DNA from: Trichoplax adhaerens
Taxonomy: Eukaryota > Animalia > Placozoa
DNA length: 64,000 nucleotides
Assembly (NCBI RefSeq): GCF_000150275.1
Contig: NW_002060945.1
Location: forward strand, 445,872 to 509,871
Reading direction: 5' to 3'
The notes below the pieces were generated by a model. That model was not told the DNA's origin and did no database searches. It was given only the letters and a program-made list of their open reading frames with translations. Position numbers and translations under genes: made by a program. Shown piece by piece: positions 37,801 through 51,357 of the stretch; positions within the stretch are counted from its first letter, which is position 1, and each line of letters begins with the position of its first letter.

Positions 37801-38485
37801 GACAACGCGCTTAATTATAGGATTCGAATCCCCTGTAATATGCGTTGATTAAGCTTGCATCTCCATGAAATATCAATAAGCCGACGGATGAAATAGAATA
37901 TCCTGTTCTATCCTAACAACTACATCTAAACTTTTAATATCAGGCCAAATTGTAGATCCGTTCTATCTGTAGGATCGATAGTTTAAGAATGTAATGGCCT
38001 CAGAATTGAAAAATTTTTCATTCTCGCTCACCTTCCTTTTCTTGTCTCGAAGTAGAACTACCGAAACAGTCGACGATTTTAGAGTATTTTGACCACATGA
38101 TGGGCAGTGGTTGTTGATTTACTATGGTGACCAAGTCTATAGTAGAAAATAGAAGAGACTAAATGAATAAGCTTTTGTATGGGATTTTATCCTAGAAATG
38201 GGCTAGTATACTGATTGATTTGCTCATAGGAAAGTAAGACTACAGTAAACAGCTGGCTGAGACGGTTACGCCTACAAACTGTGCATTGGCGCTACTCTCT
38301 ACCACGACTTCTATGCTAACAAAAGCGCTGTTTGCTACACTATACTGTAAGGTAGAAACATCAGCAACATGCAACTCCGTTATTAGCGTACGCAAGATTT
38401 TTATTTCCAAGCCTTCCAGGTGGTCTTAACTAGCAATAGAAAGTATCTTTTCCAGCTAAAATAACTTTCAAGGACAGTAGTAATC

Positions 38486-41400
38486 ATGGCTGTTGAATCT
38501 ACACGTGGTAGTAGAGCGGCTGGTAAGAGAATTTCAACAAGGCGCTCTCGATTAGATGGCGATCGATCACGACCAGGAATTGTAACCAAGAAAACAAACT
38601 ACTTTAATACCCCTATAACTCCAGCTGAGATGGAATTTACTGAAAAGGTATTTTGCTTTCTCTCTCTATTATAGTTTATGCTTTCTTATTGTCATGATGA
38701 TGGATGATAGGATTAAGTAGCAAGGCATGGCAGTAGAAGCAGGCTTGTATACGGCGTGATAGATCTTTTATAAAAAGTGATCAAGTTGAGTATCAATTCG
38801 AGCATCGATGCATGATGGATTGCTGATGAAATTAATTGTACGCTACCTTAACCTTTGATTAACGTTCAAGTACTGCGATTACTTATCACAACCACTACTG
38901 TATATAGAGACAAATGAATGAATTTATCTGCACAAGCTCTGTAAAAGCTTGTTACTCAAACTATGGCTACTCAAATGGAAAAATATAATCCTTATTGATG
39001 GTAATATTGTCGAGCATGAAATAACTATCGGCGTGCATGGGAGTTCAAGCATTCTCAGTGCTTACAGCAATTGACTGATTGGATTATTTATCTACAAGCT
39101 GAATTGACTTTTTCTTGTCACATTTGCATGTACATGGAAGCAGTGATGGCATAATGAATGATGGAAGGATAGTCATAGGGTGTTGTCTGAGGTGACAATC
39201 AGCATGCATAGGAATCAATATATTCTGTGTTACCTACAGTAATTTAAAGGTTGGATGGTTGAACTCTCGAACAGCTGAAATGACTCTTTCTTCACTTAAT
39301 TGCATGGTTATGGAAGCAGTTATTGCATGATGTATTATGCAAAAGATAGTAATATTATATTATATGCAATGAGAATCTGAATGCATAGGAGTGAGTACAT
39401 TCTCGGTACTTACAGTAATTTGAAAGGTTGGACTGGTTGTCTACGAGCTGCAATGATTTTTTCTTGACGTAAAGCAATTGTATAATGTATTATGCAACGA
39501 TAGTAATATTGTGTTGTATGTGATGAGAATCAGCAAGCATAGAAATCGATGCATTCTAAGTACTGACAATAATTTAAAGGTTGTACTGTTCATCTACAAG
39601 CTGCAATGATTTCTTTTTCACGTAATTGCCTGGCTATGGAAGCAGTTATTGCATGATGTATTAAGCAAAGATGGTAATATTGTATTGTAGGAGATGAGAA
39701 TCAGCATGCATAGGAGTCAATATATTCTCAATGCTTGCAGTAATTTGAAGATTGGACTGTTTATTTACAAGTTGAAATGATTTTTTTTCATCTAATTGCA
39801 TAATATTCTGTCTACAGTTCAAATGACTTTCTCATTAGAATTGCATGCTGGCTAGAAAAGGAATTACATGATAAATTGTATAAAGAGTGACAGTAGTATT
39901 GTGTGCTATATGGGATGAAAATCTGTATACATAGGAGTTAATGCATTCTGAGTACTTACGATAATTGACTGATTTAATCAGTAAGCTCCAATAACATTTT
40001 CTCGTCGGATTTGCACGTATATGGAAATGGTTATTACATGATGTACACTATGTAAAAGTGGCGGTAATATTGTGCTATATGAGATGAGAATCAACGTGCA
40101 TGGGAGCCAATACATTCTAAGCACTTATAGTAATTTGCTGAATTGATTATTTCGCTACAAGCTCCAATAATTTTCTTCAAAGTAATTATTACATAATAAT
40201 TTATGGAGAGAGGGCATTTGCATTGTTTGGATATTTTTGATGTAATACTGAATGATAATAATTGAATAAGTATAACCAAAGGCATTTACTGTATCTATCA
40301 TTGTGTAAGCGTTTCAGTATATACTCGTATTTATAATGTTGTACGTTTAAGTGGCGATGAAAAAGATTTCAACGTATAACTTATCACAGGATATGATGCT
40401 ATGCTTTTATTTAGGCTAAAAAATTCTATGTTGGTGTCATAGTTTTCTGCATTTCGCTCATGGTCATTTTGGTTGTTTTCGTTGCTAAACCCACTGAACC
40501 TGATTATACTAGCAAAGATTGGTTTATGCCTAAAAGGAGGAGTATCTTAGCCATGGCTAGCGAAGTAATAGATAAGAAAGAAGGTGATGGATACTCTGTG
40601 AGTGATATGAATTTGCAAGAGATTGATGAAAAGGAAGGCACCAATAAACCTGCTGTGAATTGGAGTGCAGTACCAGATGAGATCAAGAATTTTAAATCAA
40701 AAAAGATAAGAAAAATAACCATGAAAAATATCTATTTAGACAGCAAACGTAAGGTGTACAAAGAAATTAAGCACAAAAATAAGAAAAGCCATGTTAAAAT
40801 ATACACCATTGATGCATTTCTAAGTGATAAAGAATGCGATGGATTAATTGGTGCTCATAACAGATATGTTAGCAAATTCAATAAACAAGATCCTATCATG
40901 TGCTTTGATGCTATCTCTACGCTCAGGTCAGCATCATTACTTATAACGATTTTAATCTAGTTGGTTATTGCAATGATTGATATAATAAAAGATATTCTTG
41001 GTTATGTTACGATCAGCCCTGGGAGATGAGTATTTCCCTCTGACCATAATAGTTACCTATAAATTGAACTGCAACATAATTTTTGACACGATGTACGTTA
41101 CCCTATGAAGTATTTATTATGTAACCAATTCAAACTTACTTATATCCATCTAATAATATTTAAATATATGTATAGTGCATAAATTTTACCCAATCATTAC
41201 AGTTGATAAAAAATTACTGATTAATATTGTAGTAATACTAAGAAATCTTTTTTAGCTTATCATATAATTTTATATTGTCTACCTGAATACAGGAGCCATC
41301 TGAAAGATGCAAAGTTGAAAATGCAAGTTACTCCGAATGTCTTTACAGAAGGCACGACATGTTTAAACGCTAGTTTTTCTAGCTTATTAAAAAAACATCT

Positions 41401-42824
41401 TAGGTGGAGTTATAGTACTGCCTTTTATAATGGTGAAAGCCCCTTTGCTACTCGCTTCGCAGAACGTATTGAGGCAGCGACAGGCCTGCCACAAAGCCAC
41501 GGTGGAAAGTTTCAAATTACATCATATCCAACATCTATAAGTACGTCTCTAACAATCAGTCATGCAGTAACATAAATAAAATCGAATGAGCGAAATTTCT
41601 CTACTACTTTTAATTTTGCTAAAAGTATTAGCTGTAATATTAAATAAGTATTGTATTATTCGATCTTCAAGCTTTATTTGATAGTCTCCATACATAAACT
41701 AATACCGCTACCTGACTCTGCTAGTCATATAATCATACTCAATGTAACTAAAGTAATCTGTAATTAAGAGCAATGAATAAAAGTTGCTAATTTAATGTAT
41801 GGATAGAATAAAAGTAATTTTATCAGTTAGTAACAATTCTTTTAATCTCAATTATGCCATACATGTTATACGCGTATATATTGTAAATTTTCCTTGAGAT
41901 ATCTTTTTGTTGCTTACAATATCTCAGTTATGATATATGGATTATGAGGTTTGTTAATCACTATGTAATTTATTTTTTAATCATAGTATTATTACGATTT
42001 CTTTTATAGATTACAAAGCTCATACGGACTGTATGACGGCTACTAAAGAAAAACGAGATAGATATGCAACTGTTTTGGTCTATTTAACGGACGTCTCGAA
42101 AGGCGGCTATACCAATTTTACAGAATTAAATGTACCTGTCGTCCCTGCTAAGGGTAAAGCACTAATATGGAATAACATGGACAAAGGCGGTAATTGCGAT
42201 CCTACTTCCATACATGCCGCATCTGAAGTGGTTCGAGGCTTTAAATATATTATTCAGAGATGGTAAGAAACTTTTCCTTGAACACTATTATATCATTTTA
42301 CATTGGAATTGAATTATATTAATTATTAGTCGAAATTACAGTATAAGCTACTTCTCCCTTAACTCCCTTAGTAAACAAATAATTAATCTGTAACACTGCT
42401 TATAATGCAGATATATAACTAATAGATATAGATACTTTTTTATGTAATTTAATTTTCTTACACTGCATTTCTCAGCAAAAGCAATGTAAATTTAAACATA
42501 ATTAGTAATTACCTAACTGTAATAATATCTACGACTTGATGCAACATAGTTATTATTGCTAGCTTCTGTAAAAAAATTAGGGAATAGATGCATTTTAAAT
42601 GAAGAAATCAAATTTAATCTTGGAAGTGCAATTTATTCCATAGGTACTATTATGAAAATTTTTATGCCCTTGGAAAGCGTTTAAAAGAACCCGAATTGCC
42701 TGACCGTAAGCCAGAACAACCCAGGGTTACTTGTGATGAATATCAATATGGAAGTTGTCGATGGTATGATGAATGGAATTATGAACACTTACTGGCTTAT
42801 CGTGAAAGTGCAAATAAGTTATAA
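38486..42824 (+). CDS. Type II membrane prolyl 4-hydroxylase-like 2OG-Fe(II) dioxygenase, ~451 aa
   Basis: Exons 38486-38647 (basic cytosolic N-terminus), 40415-40926 (TM FYVGVIVFCISLMVILVVFVA; KIYTIDAFLSDKECDGLI), 41293-41540 (RIEAATGLP...FQITSY), 42010-42262 (YKAHTD HxD motif; RYATVLVYLTDVSKGGYTNF; PAKGKALIW; SIHAASEVVRGFKYIIQRW with the distal His and 2OG-binding Lys), 42644-42824. Phases are consistent. Confidence 0.9.
38990..40200. repeat. Degenerate tandem array, ~7 copies of a ~155-220 bp unit, in intron 1 of the P4H-like gene
   Basis: The core TGAGAATCAGCATGCATAGGAGT...CATTCT...CTTACAGTAATT recurs at about 39030, 39195, 39370, 39524, 39695, 39915 and 40085. Confidence 0.85.
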
Positions 42825-44514
42825 TTTTAGAGAAAGTCACAGTATCCTAACTTCTAACTTTTGATCGTTCTTTTTTTACTATGTTTACAAGAAAAGCTGC
42901 TTTTAATTTCCATTTTGACATTTATTTTTGCGATACATCTGTTTGTTAATAAATTGTTCTACACTTTAGGTAGAAGTTTGTACAATTAAAAGTCTTAGTT
43001 TGCACTTAATGGGTAGAATCCTTCGTGGATTCATGATAAAATTCACACGTAGTATTTCTACGGTGTAGCATACTGTGAATACGATAATTTTTAAACTTTG
43101 ATCAGTTAATATTTTGCAATCATGTATGAGTGACTAGTTTTATCTACTAAGTTGCATTTGGTTAATGCGGAAGTTGATTTAGATAATTTCTTTGCCGTGC
43201 TTCATAAGTAGTATTAGTGCAATAACTAGAGTAATGATCGAGACTTATTAGGGAGGCCTGTATCAATTCCAGCACTCATACCGAGTCAATCAGCTGCAGT
43301 AGCTTACTATAGGATATTATTTACGTAGTTGGTTAATCCAGTGGTCTACTCTTGCTATCAGATTATGAAATACATCGATAGTAATATAGGATTATTATTG
43401 TATTCTTAATAACTGTACGGTACTGCTTGCATCTGGAGTGTCAACTGCGTTAGTAGTTTTACAGATAGTTGCAACACATGACTAGAAATGCTAGGCGGCT
43501 AAAACTGTACTTAAACATTGTCGTCTCTAGTTAGGCGGTTTATAATGAATATTTAGACTAATACAAGTATGCTAGTGGCATAGTACGCGAATACTGTATG
43601 TAAAGGCAAAACGAAGCTAATCTAGAAGCAATCGAGTAAAAAAACGATCATTTTATCATACGATCGAGATCGCTACTACATTCATTTTAAATTTTATACC
43701 ATTAAATTATAAAATAATTGCAATAAATGTACAATAAATTTATTTCGCCAGCTTACTGTTACAATGTAAAGTTTATATAATTATAAACCGTCGAGTCGCA
43801 ACAGAAACCATAATATAAAATAGAATAGGAAGCCAAACTATCTATCGACTATAGGCTTAATATTAACCAATGAGATTATTCATTGTCCAAAAGTAAAATT
43901 GTAGGTAACAATCTACAGAGTCTACAATAATTTTCAAAAGCAAGTTGAAGAGAAATGTAAATTATTCCGTAAAGAACAACAACCATTTTAGGAGTGATTC
44001 TTAAATGCATCTTAATGTAATAAGCGAATATCCAAAACGAACATTCGATTTATAGAGAGTTGATGACTATAATAACTTCCACTTTGTAACAAAGATAGAA
44101 AGAAATACGCGAATACGTCATGAATATGATAAGAAAAATGCATAGATTGCAAAAAAAAATTCTATACATTAGTAAAGTTGATATTTGGTAAAGTGAACGA
44201 ATAGGTCGAGTTAATAAATATTATTATTATAATAAGATTTATGTTAAATTGTTTAAATGTTTTTACGACATCTACATTGGAATAAAATATACAGGATAAT
44301 TAAATGATATCATATAGTACATGACTGCAACTTGATAGTCGTTATGGAGGCAATTGTAGTAACGAAAGTGAACAGGAGATAGTCTCGATGCTACAAAAGT
44401 AATAATAAAATGAACTAGTAGATTAAAGGCACGAAAGGAAATACATAAACGTGAAAGTAAAATTGTAGTCGAAGTTATAATATAAAGATCTAATAACATA
44501 AGACGTTTAAAATC

Positions 44515-47500
44515 TCAATTATCCACAACAATTTTCCATTTGTCGACACCATCCAATAGTTCGTTGGTATGGGTGGAATAAAATGGAGAAGTTGGGCTAA
44601 AGTTGATATTGACTTTGCTTTTATCCGGACATAATATCGCAGGCACACCTTTCCGACTGAATAATGGATTATGATTGTAAAATAAAAAGTTACCAAAATA
44701 GCGAAACTTTACGTACTGTATACATAGATGTATAGTAAGCCTACATTAGTGATTGACAATGACAAGTTCAAACTTAACGCAACTTACTTATGCCCTTCGA
44801 CCACTGTAATTATCTTTTCTACGCCATCAGGTGGTTCTCTCGCAAAAGATGATAACTTATATGAAATAGGCGACGGCGAATTTGCTACATCTAAAAACGA
44901 ATAAGGTCGTTAACTTACTTGCACACACAGCATAATTAACATATGCAATTTACTAATGTATAATAATTGAAATTTTTTTATTCAAAATAGATATACGATT
45001 AATTCAATCGAGCGAAAAGGACAAGTTGAACTTGTCGATGTAGTAAAAAGCGAAATTCGGTATTTTTTGGACTAGTGAACACCAACAGTATGATGGAAAG
45101 AGAGTTAACTGCTATTGCTTTCGATTGCTATACCTATAGCGAAATCATCATATGTTTGAGTATCAGCGTTCTTAGTGGATGCTGGAACTGTTACTGCAGA
45201 AAATATCGGCATGGGTGCCTTGTGTCCATCAGGAATCTCTACAACCTATATATATTGGAAGGATCACAAACAAATTGTGTTTGATTTTATGCAATATTGT
45301 AGTGTAAGATCAAGGAAGGATATAGGATGGACATTGATAACAATTAGTTTTATGTGTGTTAATTCCTGGTGAAGATATCTCACCTCATTAATATCGAAAA
45401 TATCACAACACTCTTCCGCTTGATCGAAATTAAGAGTTTGAATTTCTTGATTTAAACTTTCCATACTTTGGCGTATACACTTTGCTAAACATTTTGATAC
45501 AGGCCAATAAGGACGCTGAAAGTTATACATTAAAAATATTGGAGACAACACAGCAGATGACGATTTTTGCTTTATTCTCTGTCGCTGTTGACGTAATACC
45601 TATGCAATAAATCAAGAGTTATATTCAGGATGATAGGCACGTGTATAATCCTTTGAGTAGATTACAATCTTTTATGATGAAGCACTATGATAAACTCAAT
45701 AGAATGACAGCGTCTATTCTTTTGAAGTGATTCCGCAAATATCAATTAGATCTTGTACAGTAGATTACAAACCAATTTAAGAGTGTCTGCACTTCCCCAC
45801 GATGCTGAGCGAGCGCATCTTCGCTTCGGTTCACCATCTATGTCACCAGTCTAGATGATTACAAATTTTGAAATAAAGTCAATCATAGACATTGATTAAA
45901 ATGATATTTTTGCTTTAAAGTCATCATTTTTCCTTAAAATATTCTTCATCGCATAACACTAGCTGAATTATTGCCAATAAATCTAGGTCATGTTGTACTA
46001 AGCAAGTACTAATGGTATTGATAATGTCGCTAAGTAGGCGTCATGCAGTACAACACTAATGCATGCTATCTCTAAATCTGTGATGGAAATTGACAAAGCA
46101 ACAACTACTAGCTTATGCGATACAATACGCATCTTTGGCAATTTCAAGCATCATTCATTAATAATCCTGCTAGGAATAGCAATAGCTAAGATTAACATCT
46201 TACTTGTGTAGCTTTATGGCAGACAATATCTTCATTAAAGAAACCTTCAGGAGGCCAATGACCAGCTAAATAGGGTTCAGCAATGGTATCTAGTGATCCT
46301 GTGCGATGAATAGCCACTGGCGATGGCGTACCGCGACCTAAAGATGGTACAAATAGACGTATCAAATATAAGCGTCAGCATACTTGATGTTTTGCAAAGT
46401 TAGCTGGTCATTTCAGGAATAAAGAAGGATCATCTACAGTACGTGTATTAACTGACTGTTAAATGGAAAGATTTTATACATACAAAAGATAGATACTACA
46501 ATACGCTTAGTATCGTTAATTTAAACAACTGGAAATGAAAATGTAAGGTTACGATAGCGAAATAGTCGATTGATATCAACGTCCTGTAGACTGCTTGAGA
46601 CAATACAGATTGGACATGATTGCAGCAGACATTACTGCCGTATGTACAGTAGAATAAGTGGCGTAGGTTTAGCGTTCAATTTTATCCTTTATCATAAGGT
46701 AAAGCCACTATTTTGGTTAGTGACACTATCAAGCTTTCATTGAAAGTGGCTATTTGGATATTTTATGAATATTCGACTAGTTGTGTCTTGTGTTGAACGT
46801 GGCCTACTTGAAGTACTACAAATTGCAAAAGCAAAGATTTTCCAACATATAGTAAAGTATGTCGAGATCGGTAGCGCCTACAGCTCCTATTCGTCCAGTG
46901 TGTTTTACAACTTGCTTTCTGATTGACATTTAAATTGTTTCCTGGCGTCCGATTTCAATCTATATATATATGTCATATACACTGTGCTTACAATATATTC
47001 CTGGATATTTATTTTCTACCCTACTAGTGCTTGCTTGCCTGTTGAAATAACAGCTTTTGTATCATTGTACAGCATCAGCCAAGAGACACTAAAATTGCAT
47101 GCATCATTTTGTTACTGTAGTGTTACAGCAGCAACCAATGAAAAATGGCTATACTATTTGTAAAGCTTTTTTTTTTCAGAATAATAACTTTAAATTTTTA
47201 ACGTATAGTATAATCTAATTTGAATATACTCCAGGTTTCATCCATGAGAGCACATCGAGCATTAGAGTTTATTCTGTGATAGTGATCCACTGAGTGAGGA
47301 CCACTGGCTCCATCCAACTGTGTTGGTTTGTCGAGCGTTCTTGAAAAATGCATGGACAAAATTCCATCAATTCATGATTGGCATTTTATGCGTTGTTACA
47401 GTCCTCCATTAGCTAGTTGTCAGACTGTGGTTAACGTAAATGGACAATAAAGAGAAAAATGGAATCAAGCTCTATTGCCGCAATGAGTTATTTCGACTTT

Positions 47501-48215
47501 CCTCGACCCCTGTGTAGGCCTACTCCAATTCATTTTCAAGTTATTGTATAGTAGAGTATAGAAAAGTTGAAGGGAAGACGCTGTTGGAAAGACTTTTGTA
47601 TGGCACTTGGGTTAGTGAATTCATGGTCGACAGGGACGGTACTTATTACAGCGTGCAATATACAGTAAACAGTATGGCATGGCATTGGCGAAAGAAATAC
47701 ACCAGCCGAAGACTGACATGTGTTTTGATATTTCTAAGTTGATTACTATGAATGAGTAAGCGTAATTAGAGTACATGAAAAATGGGCCACCATCTCTTGC
47801 AGCGATTCTATTATTTCTTACTCACACTTGACTACTCTTGATGCCTAATGATGATGCTGTTCAATCAATACGACAATATAGTATACAGTGGGGCTCTACA
47901 CAAACATGCTTGGAACTTACCTTGATAGAAGAGAGGAAGATTGCCTATTTCGATAGAAGTTTTGTAATCTGGAGAAGATTCAGATCGACGCAAATGATAG
48001 AACGATTTCAAGTTCTCATTGGCTGTCGGCGAAGGTGGTGTCGTCGGACTCATGTGCCGAGTTGGATGCTGAAAATTTTGCTGCTGCTGTTGTTGATGTT
48101 TGACCGGGCTGCCATGATTGATCAAAGTAAACGATTGCGTAGCCCTAATAGGCTGGGGTTTTGTAGCCGTTGCCGGTGGAGGGTTACGCCGTGGTCTTTG
48201 CGATGGTGTAGCCAT
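44515..48215 (-). CDS. FAM117: FAM117/GLCCI1 family protein, ~359 aa
   Basis: Exons 47921-48215, 46204-46337 (HRTGSLDTIAEPYLAGHWP...KATQ), 45773-45850 (RSASWGSAD), 45384-45599 (RQSMESLNQEI), 45134-45245 (IPDGHKAP), 44788-44890 (FAREPPDGVEK), 44515-44656 (CPDKSKVN). All the short conserved FAM117 blocks occur in the expected order. Confidence 0.93.
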
Positions 48216-48986
48216 GGTGTAACTCTTTACATTGAATCAGTACACAACATACCATAGAGAGGAGGCATAGAAAGGGCTGAAAATACAATGATTAAGATTG
48301 GAAGTCGATGACAACTTGGTGTGCTGTAATTGCAGGCTCAACGACCAACTGGTGGAAAGAAGAAAAAGCAAAAGCTGCAAAATGATCGATCGGGTGATGA
48401 TCGAGTGATTGGACTGCACTGTCGTCCGTATCCGCGATACTGTCTAGTGTACAGTATAAGATGTATCACGATCGACGCGTATCTCTATACAATACACTAG
48501 CAATGTATCGTTGTCAACGAATCCTGTGCGATGGACAATTTTCCCAATCGATTACAAGGTAGAAATACTACGATTAAAGGCAAGAAAAAATGTCCCAAAT
48601 AGAGTTTATTTCCAATCAACTAGACTGTCGATTGTTCTGTTATTCAGGCTAGCGTCTTGAATGTGTACTACTTGCAAATTAATTGATTAATTGGATTTTC
48701 TTTGAAGAAATAACATTTGAGCTGCAGTCAAAATGGCAACCTTGGAGTGGCTGGGGGTTCTACGATACCCCTCTACATTGCAGTATGCAACAACCGTGCT
48801 GCGTGGAGTCTACAGTAGATAGTACTGTAGACACTGGACTGTAGACTGCAGGCTGGACGTTACAGTACAGTACTGTACAATACTACAGTATACGACGTAC
48901 AGTGTACAGTGACAACTCGTCTTGTACTGTACTGTAAGTGGCCATTCACTATCATGTTTACTACAAGCACAGTAGGACTGTCGATT

Positions 48987-50500
48987 GTAAACAAGTGTAG
49001 CCGTAACCGCATCAGCTAGACCTGAGAAAGGTTCGGTTCGGTTGGATACCTTTATGCTCTATAGGACATCACCATGAAAAGAAAATTGTATACAGTACAC
49101 CATATTGCACAAGTGTCCCATTTGCTCTACAAATGGGACCGATAGCACCAAACGATCCACTATCGTCGAGTCGGATGACGACGAGGCAAAAGTTAGTCAG
49201 GTCTAGGCAAAACATCGTCGTGGCATTAACTCACTGCCATTTCTATCCTAACGTAAACCACATCACCATGAAAAGAAAATTGTATACAGTACATCATATT
49301 GCACAAGTGTACAGTAGGCTCTACAAATGGGACCGATAGCACCAAACGATCCACTATCGTCGAGTCGGATGACGACGAGGCAAAAGTTAGTCAGGTCTAG
49401 GCAAAAGATCGTCGTGGCATTAACTCACAGCCATTTCTATCCTAACGTAAACCACATCACCATGAAAAGAAAATTGTATACAGTACATCATATTGCACAA
49501 GTGTACAGTAGGCTCTACAAATGGGACCGATAGCACCAAACGATCCACTATCGTCGAGTCGGATGACGACGAGGCAAAAGTTAGTCAGGTCTAGGCAAAA
49601 CATCGTCGTGGCATTAACTCACTGCCATTTCTATCCTAACGTAAACAAGTGTAGCTGTAGCCACATCACCATGAAAAGAAAATTGTATACAGTACACCAT
49701 ATTGCACAATGCACAAGTGTACAGTAGGCTCTGCAAATGGGACCGATAGCACCAAACGATCCACTATCGTCGAGTCGGATGACGACGAGGCAAAAGTTAG
49801 TCAGGTCTAGGCAAAACATCGTCGTGGCATCAACTCACTGCCATTTCTATCCTAACGTAAACAAGTGTAGCCGTAGCCACATCACCATGAAAAGAAAGTT
49901 GTATACTGTACAGTAGAGTACACCAGGAGCTATTGGTACGATTGCACAAGTATACAGTAGGCTCTGCAAATAGGACCGATATCGTCGAGTAGGATGACGA
50001 CGAGGCAAAACATCGTCTTGGCATCAACAACTCACTGCCATTTCTAGCCTTACGTAAACAGGTGTAGCCGTAACCACATCACCATGAAAAGGAAATTGTA
50101 TACTGTACAGTACAGCAAGAGCCATCAGTACGATTGTACAAGTGTACACTGTACATTGTGCAGAACAAGCCAGAATTTTACGTTAGCGATATTTAGACGC
50201 GCGGGTTCAATTTATCATAGCGTCTTTTTGGTAAGGGTATAGTCATGACAGCTATTACCATGAAATAGGATAACCTTTACTCTATACCATTACAACAAAA
50301 ATGTGAGAAAAATCATTGGAAAATATCCTGATATTACACTTAGAAATCTCAAATGACTTTGCACACACCCTGTACAGTGTACACTAGGCTCTGGAAATGG
50401 GACCGGTACCACCAAACGATCCAGTATCATCGAGCAGGATGAGGACGAGGCAAAACCTCGTCGTGCCATCAACTCATTGCCATTTCTATCCTTATTACGT
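48987..50500. repeat. Tandem array of a 194-216 bp unit (5 full copies plus partial or degenerate copies)
   Basis: Units start with CATCACCATGAAAAG at 49067, 49261, 49455, 49664, 49880 and 50077 (partial), and a diverged copy lies at ~50370-50500. The first copies are near-identical. Confidence 0.96.
49015..49066 (-). mobile_element. 52 bp dispersed (CCGAA)n module, possible transposon remnant
   Basis: Its reverse complement closely matches 30034-30081 and 30241-30287. It is flanked by CATCA direct repeats (49010-49014 and 49067-49071) relative to the uninterrupted array junction. Confidence 0.5.
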
Positions 50501-51357
50501 GCACATCAAGAAAGGAAAAAAAGTTAATAAATCAATCAATAACGACCTCATTGTACTGTGCATTCCAACTCCATCATGTCGTGTATTGTAAGGCACTGCA
50601 TGGATAGCATTATTGTTGGATTGGGAGATGGAAGAAAAGCTTCCGTAGTTGTCTGTTTTGAATTAGCGTCAGGACCTTGCAAGAGAAATGGTCTCTGATG
50701 CATTGCAGATTCCTTTTTATCCTGTCATGGCAAGACGTCCATTTTGTTGTTCTTCCTCCTACTCTGTACATATACAGTGACTGTCTTCAAATAATGAACC
50801 CACTCAAGCATACTTTGTCGTGCCTATACAAATGCCTTGATGGTCATGCCAATCACGCGTACATCCGTGCATACTGTAGGACATACTGTCTAGCACTCGT
50901 CAAAATCTCAACCTATCTTGTAGCGATTGATCATCATGCCATGCAAGAGATCATTCCTTGTACGCTAAACCGTGTAAAGCACCCTGTACGCTAATCAAAC
51001 TACTAAAACGAGTGGTCCATTCATCGCGTGATGCACGGGCTGATACTAAATGCTTCCATTTTACTAAGAGTACCGCATACGCTATTTCAACATCAGTGGA
51101 AAATTGGAAATGACAATGTAACCACTTGGAGATTCCGCCATCAGCCATGGCAACAAATGCCAACAATAGTTGCCCAGTCTAACTTGAATCAATCATGGTG
51201 AATACGTGACAATGCGCAACTCGTGTGCGATTCCCCCCACTACTACGAGTAGTATTTACTAAACAAGCAATCTTCACATCCTTAGTCACAACGCCATGAC
51301 ATTTGAATTCATTTCAAACTGCAAAGTCTATTGAATGCATAGAGGCTTTATGCATGC

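Noticed and set aside
37791-37838. tRNA-like GTAGCTCG...GGATTCGAATCCC
   Set aside because: The A/B-box spacing is too short and no cloverleaf can be built.
47838-48257. 139 aa plus-strand ORF, and similar antisense ORFs over exons
   Set aside because: These are shadows of real coding exons on the opposite strand or in another frame.
49133-49727. Three near-identical 68 aa ORFs (MGPIAPNDP...)
   Set aside because: They are by-products of the 194 bp tandem unit. They shift frame with each copy, resemble no known domain and are broken in the diverged copies.
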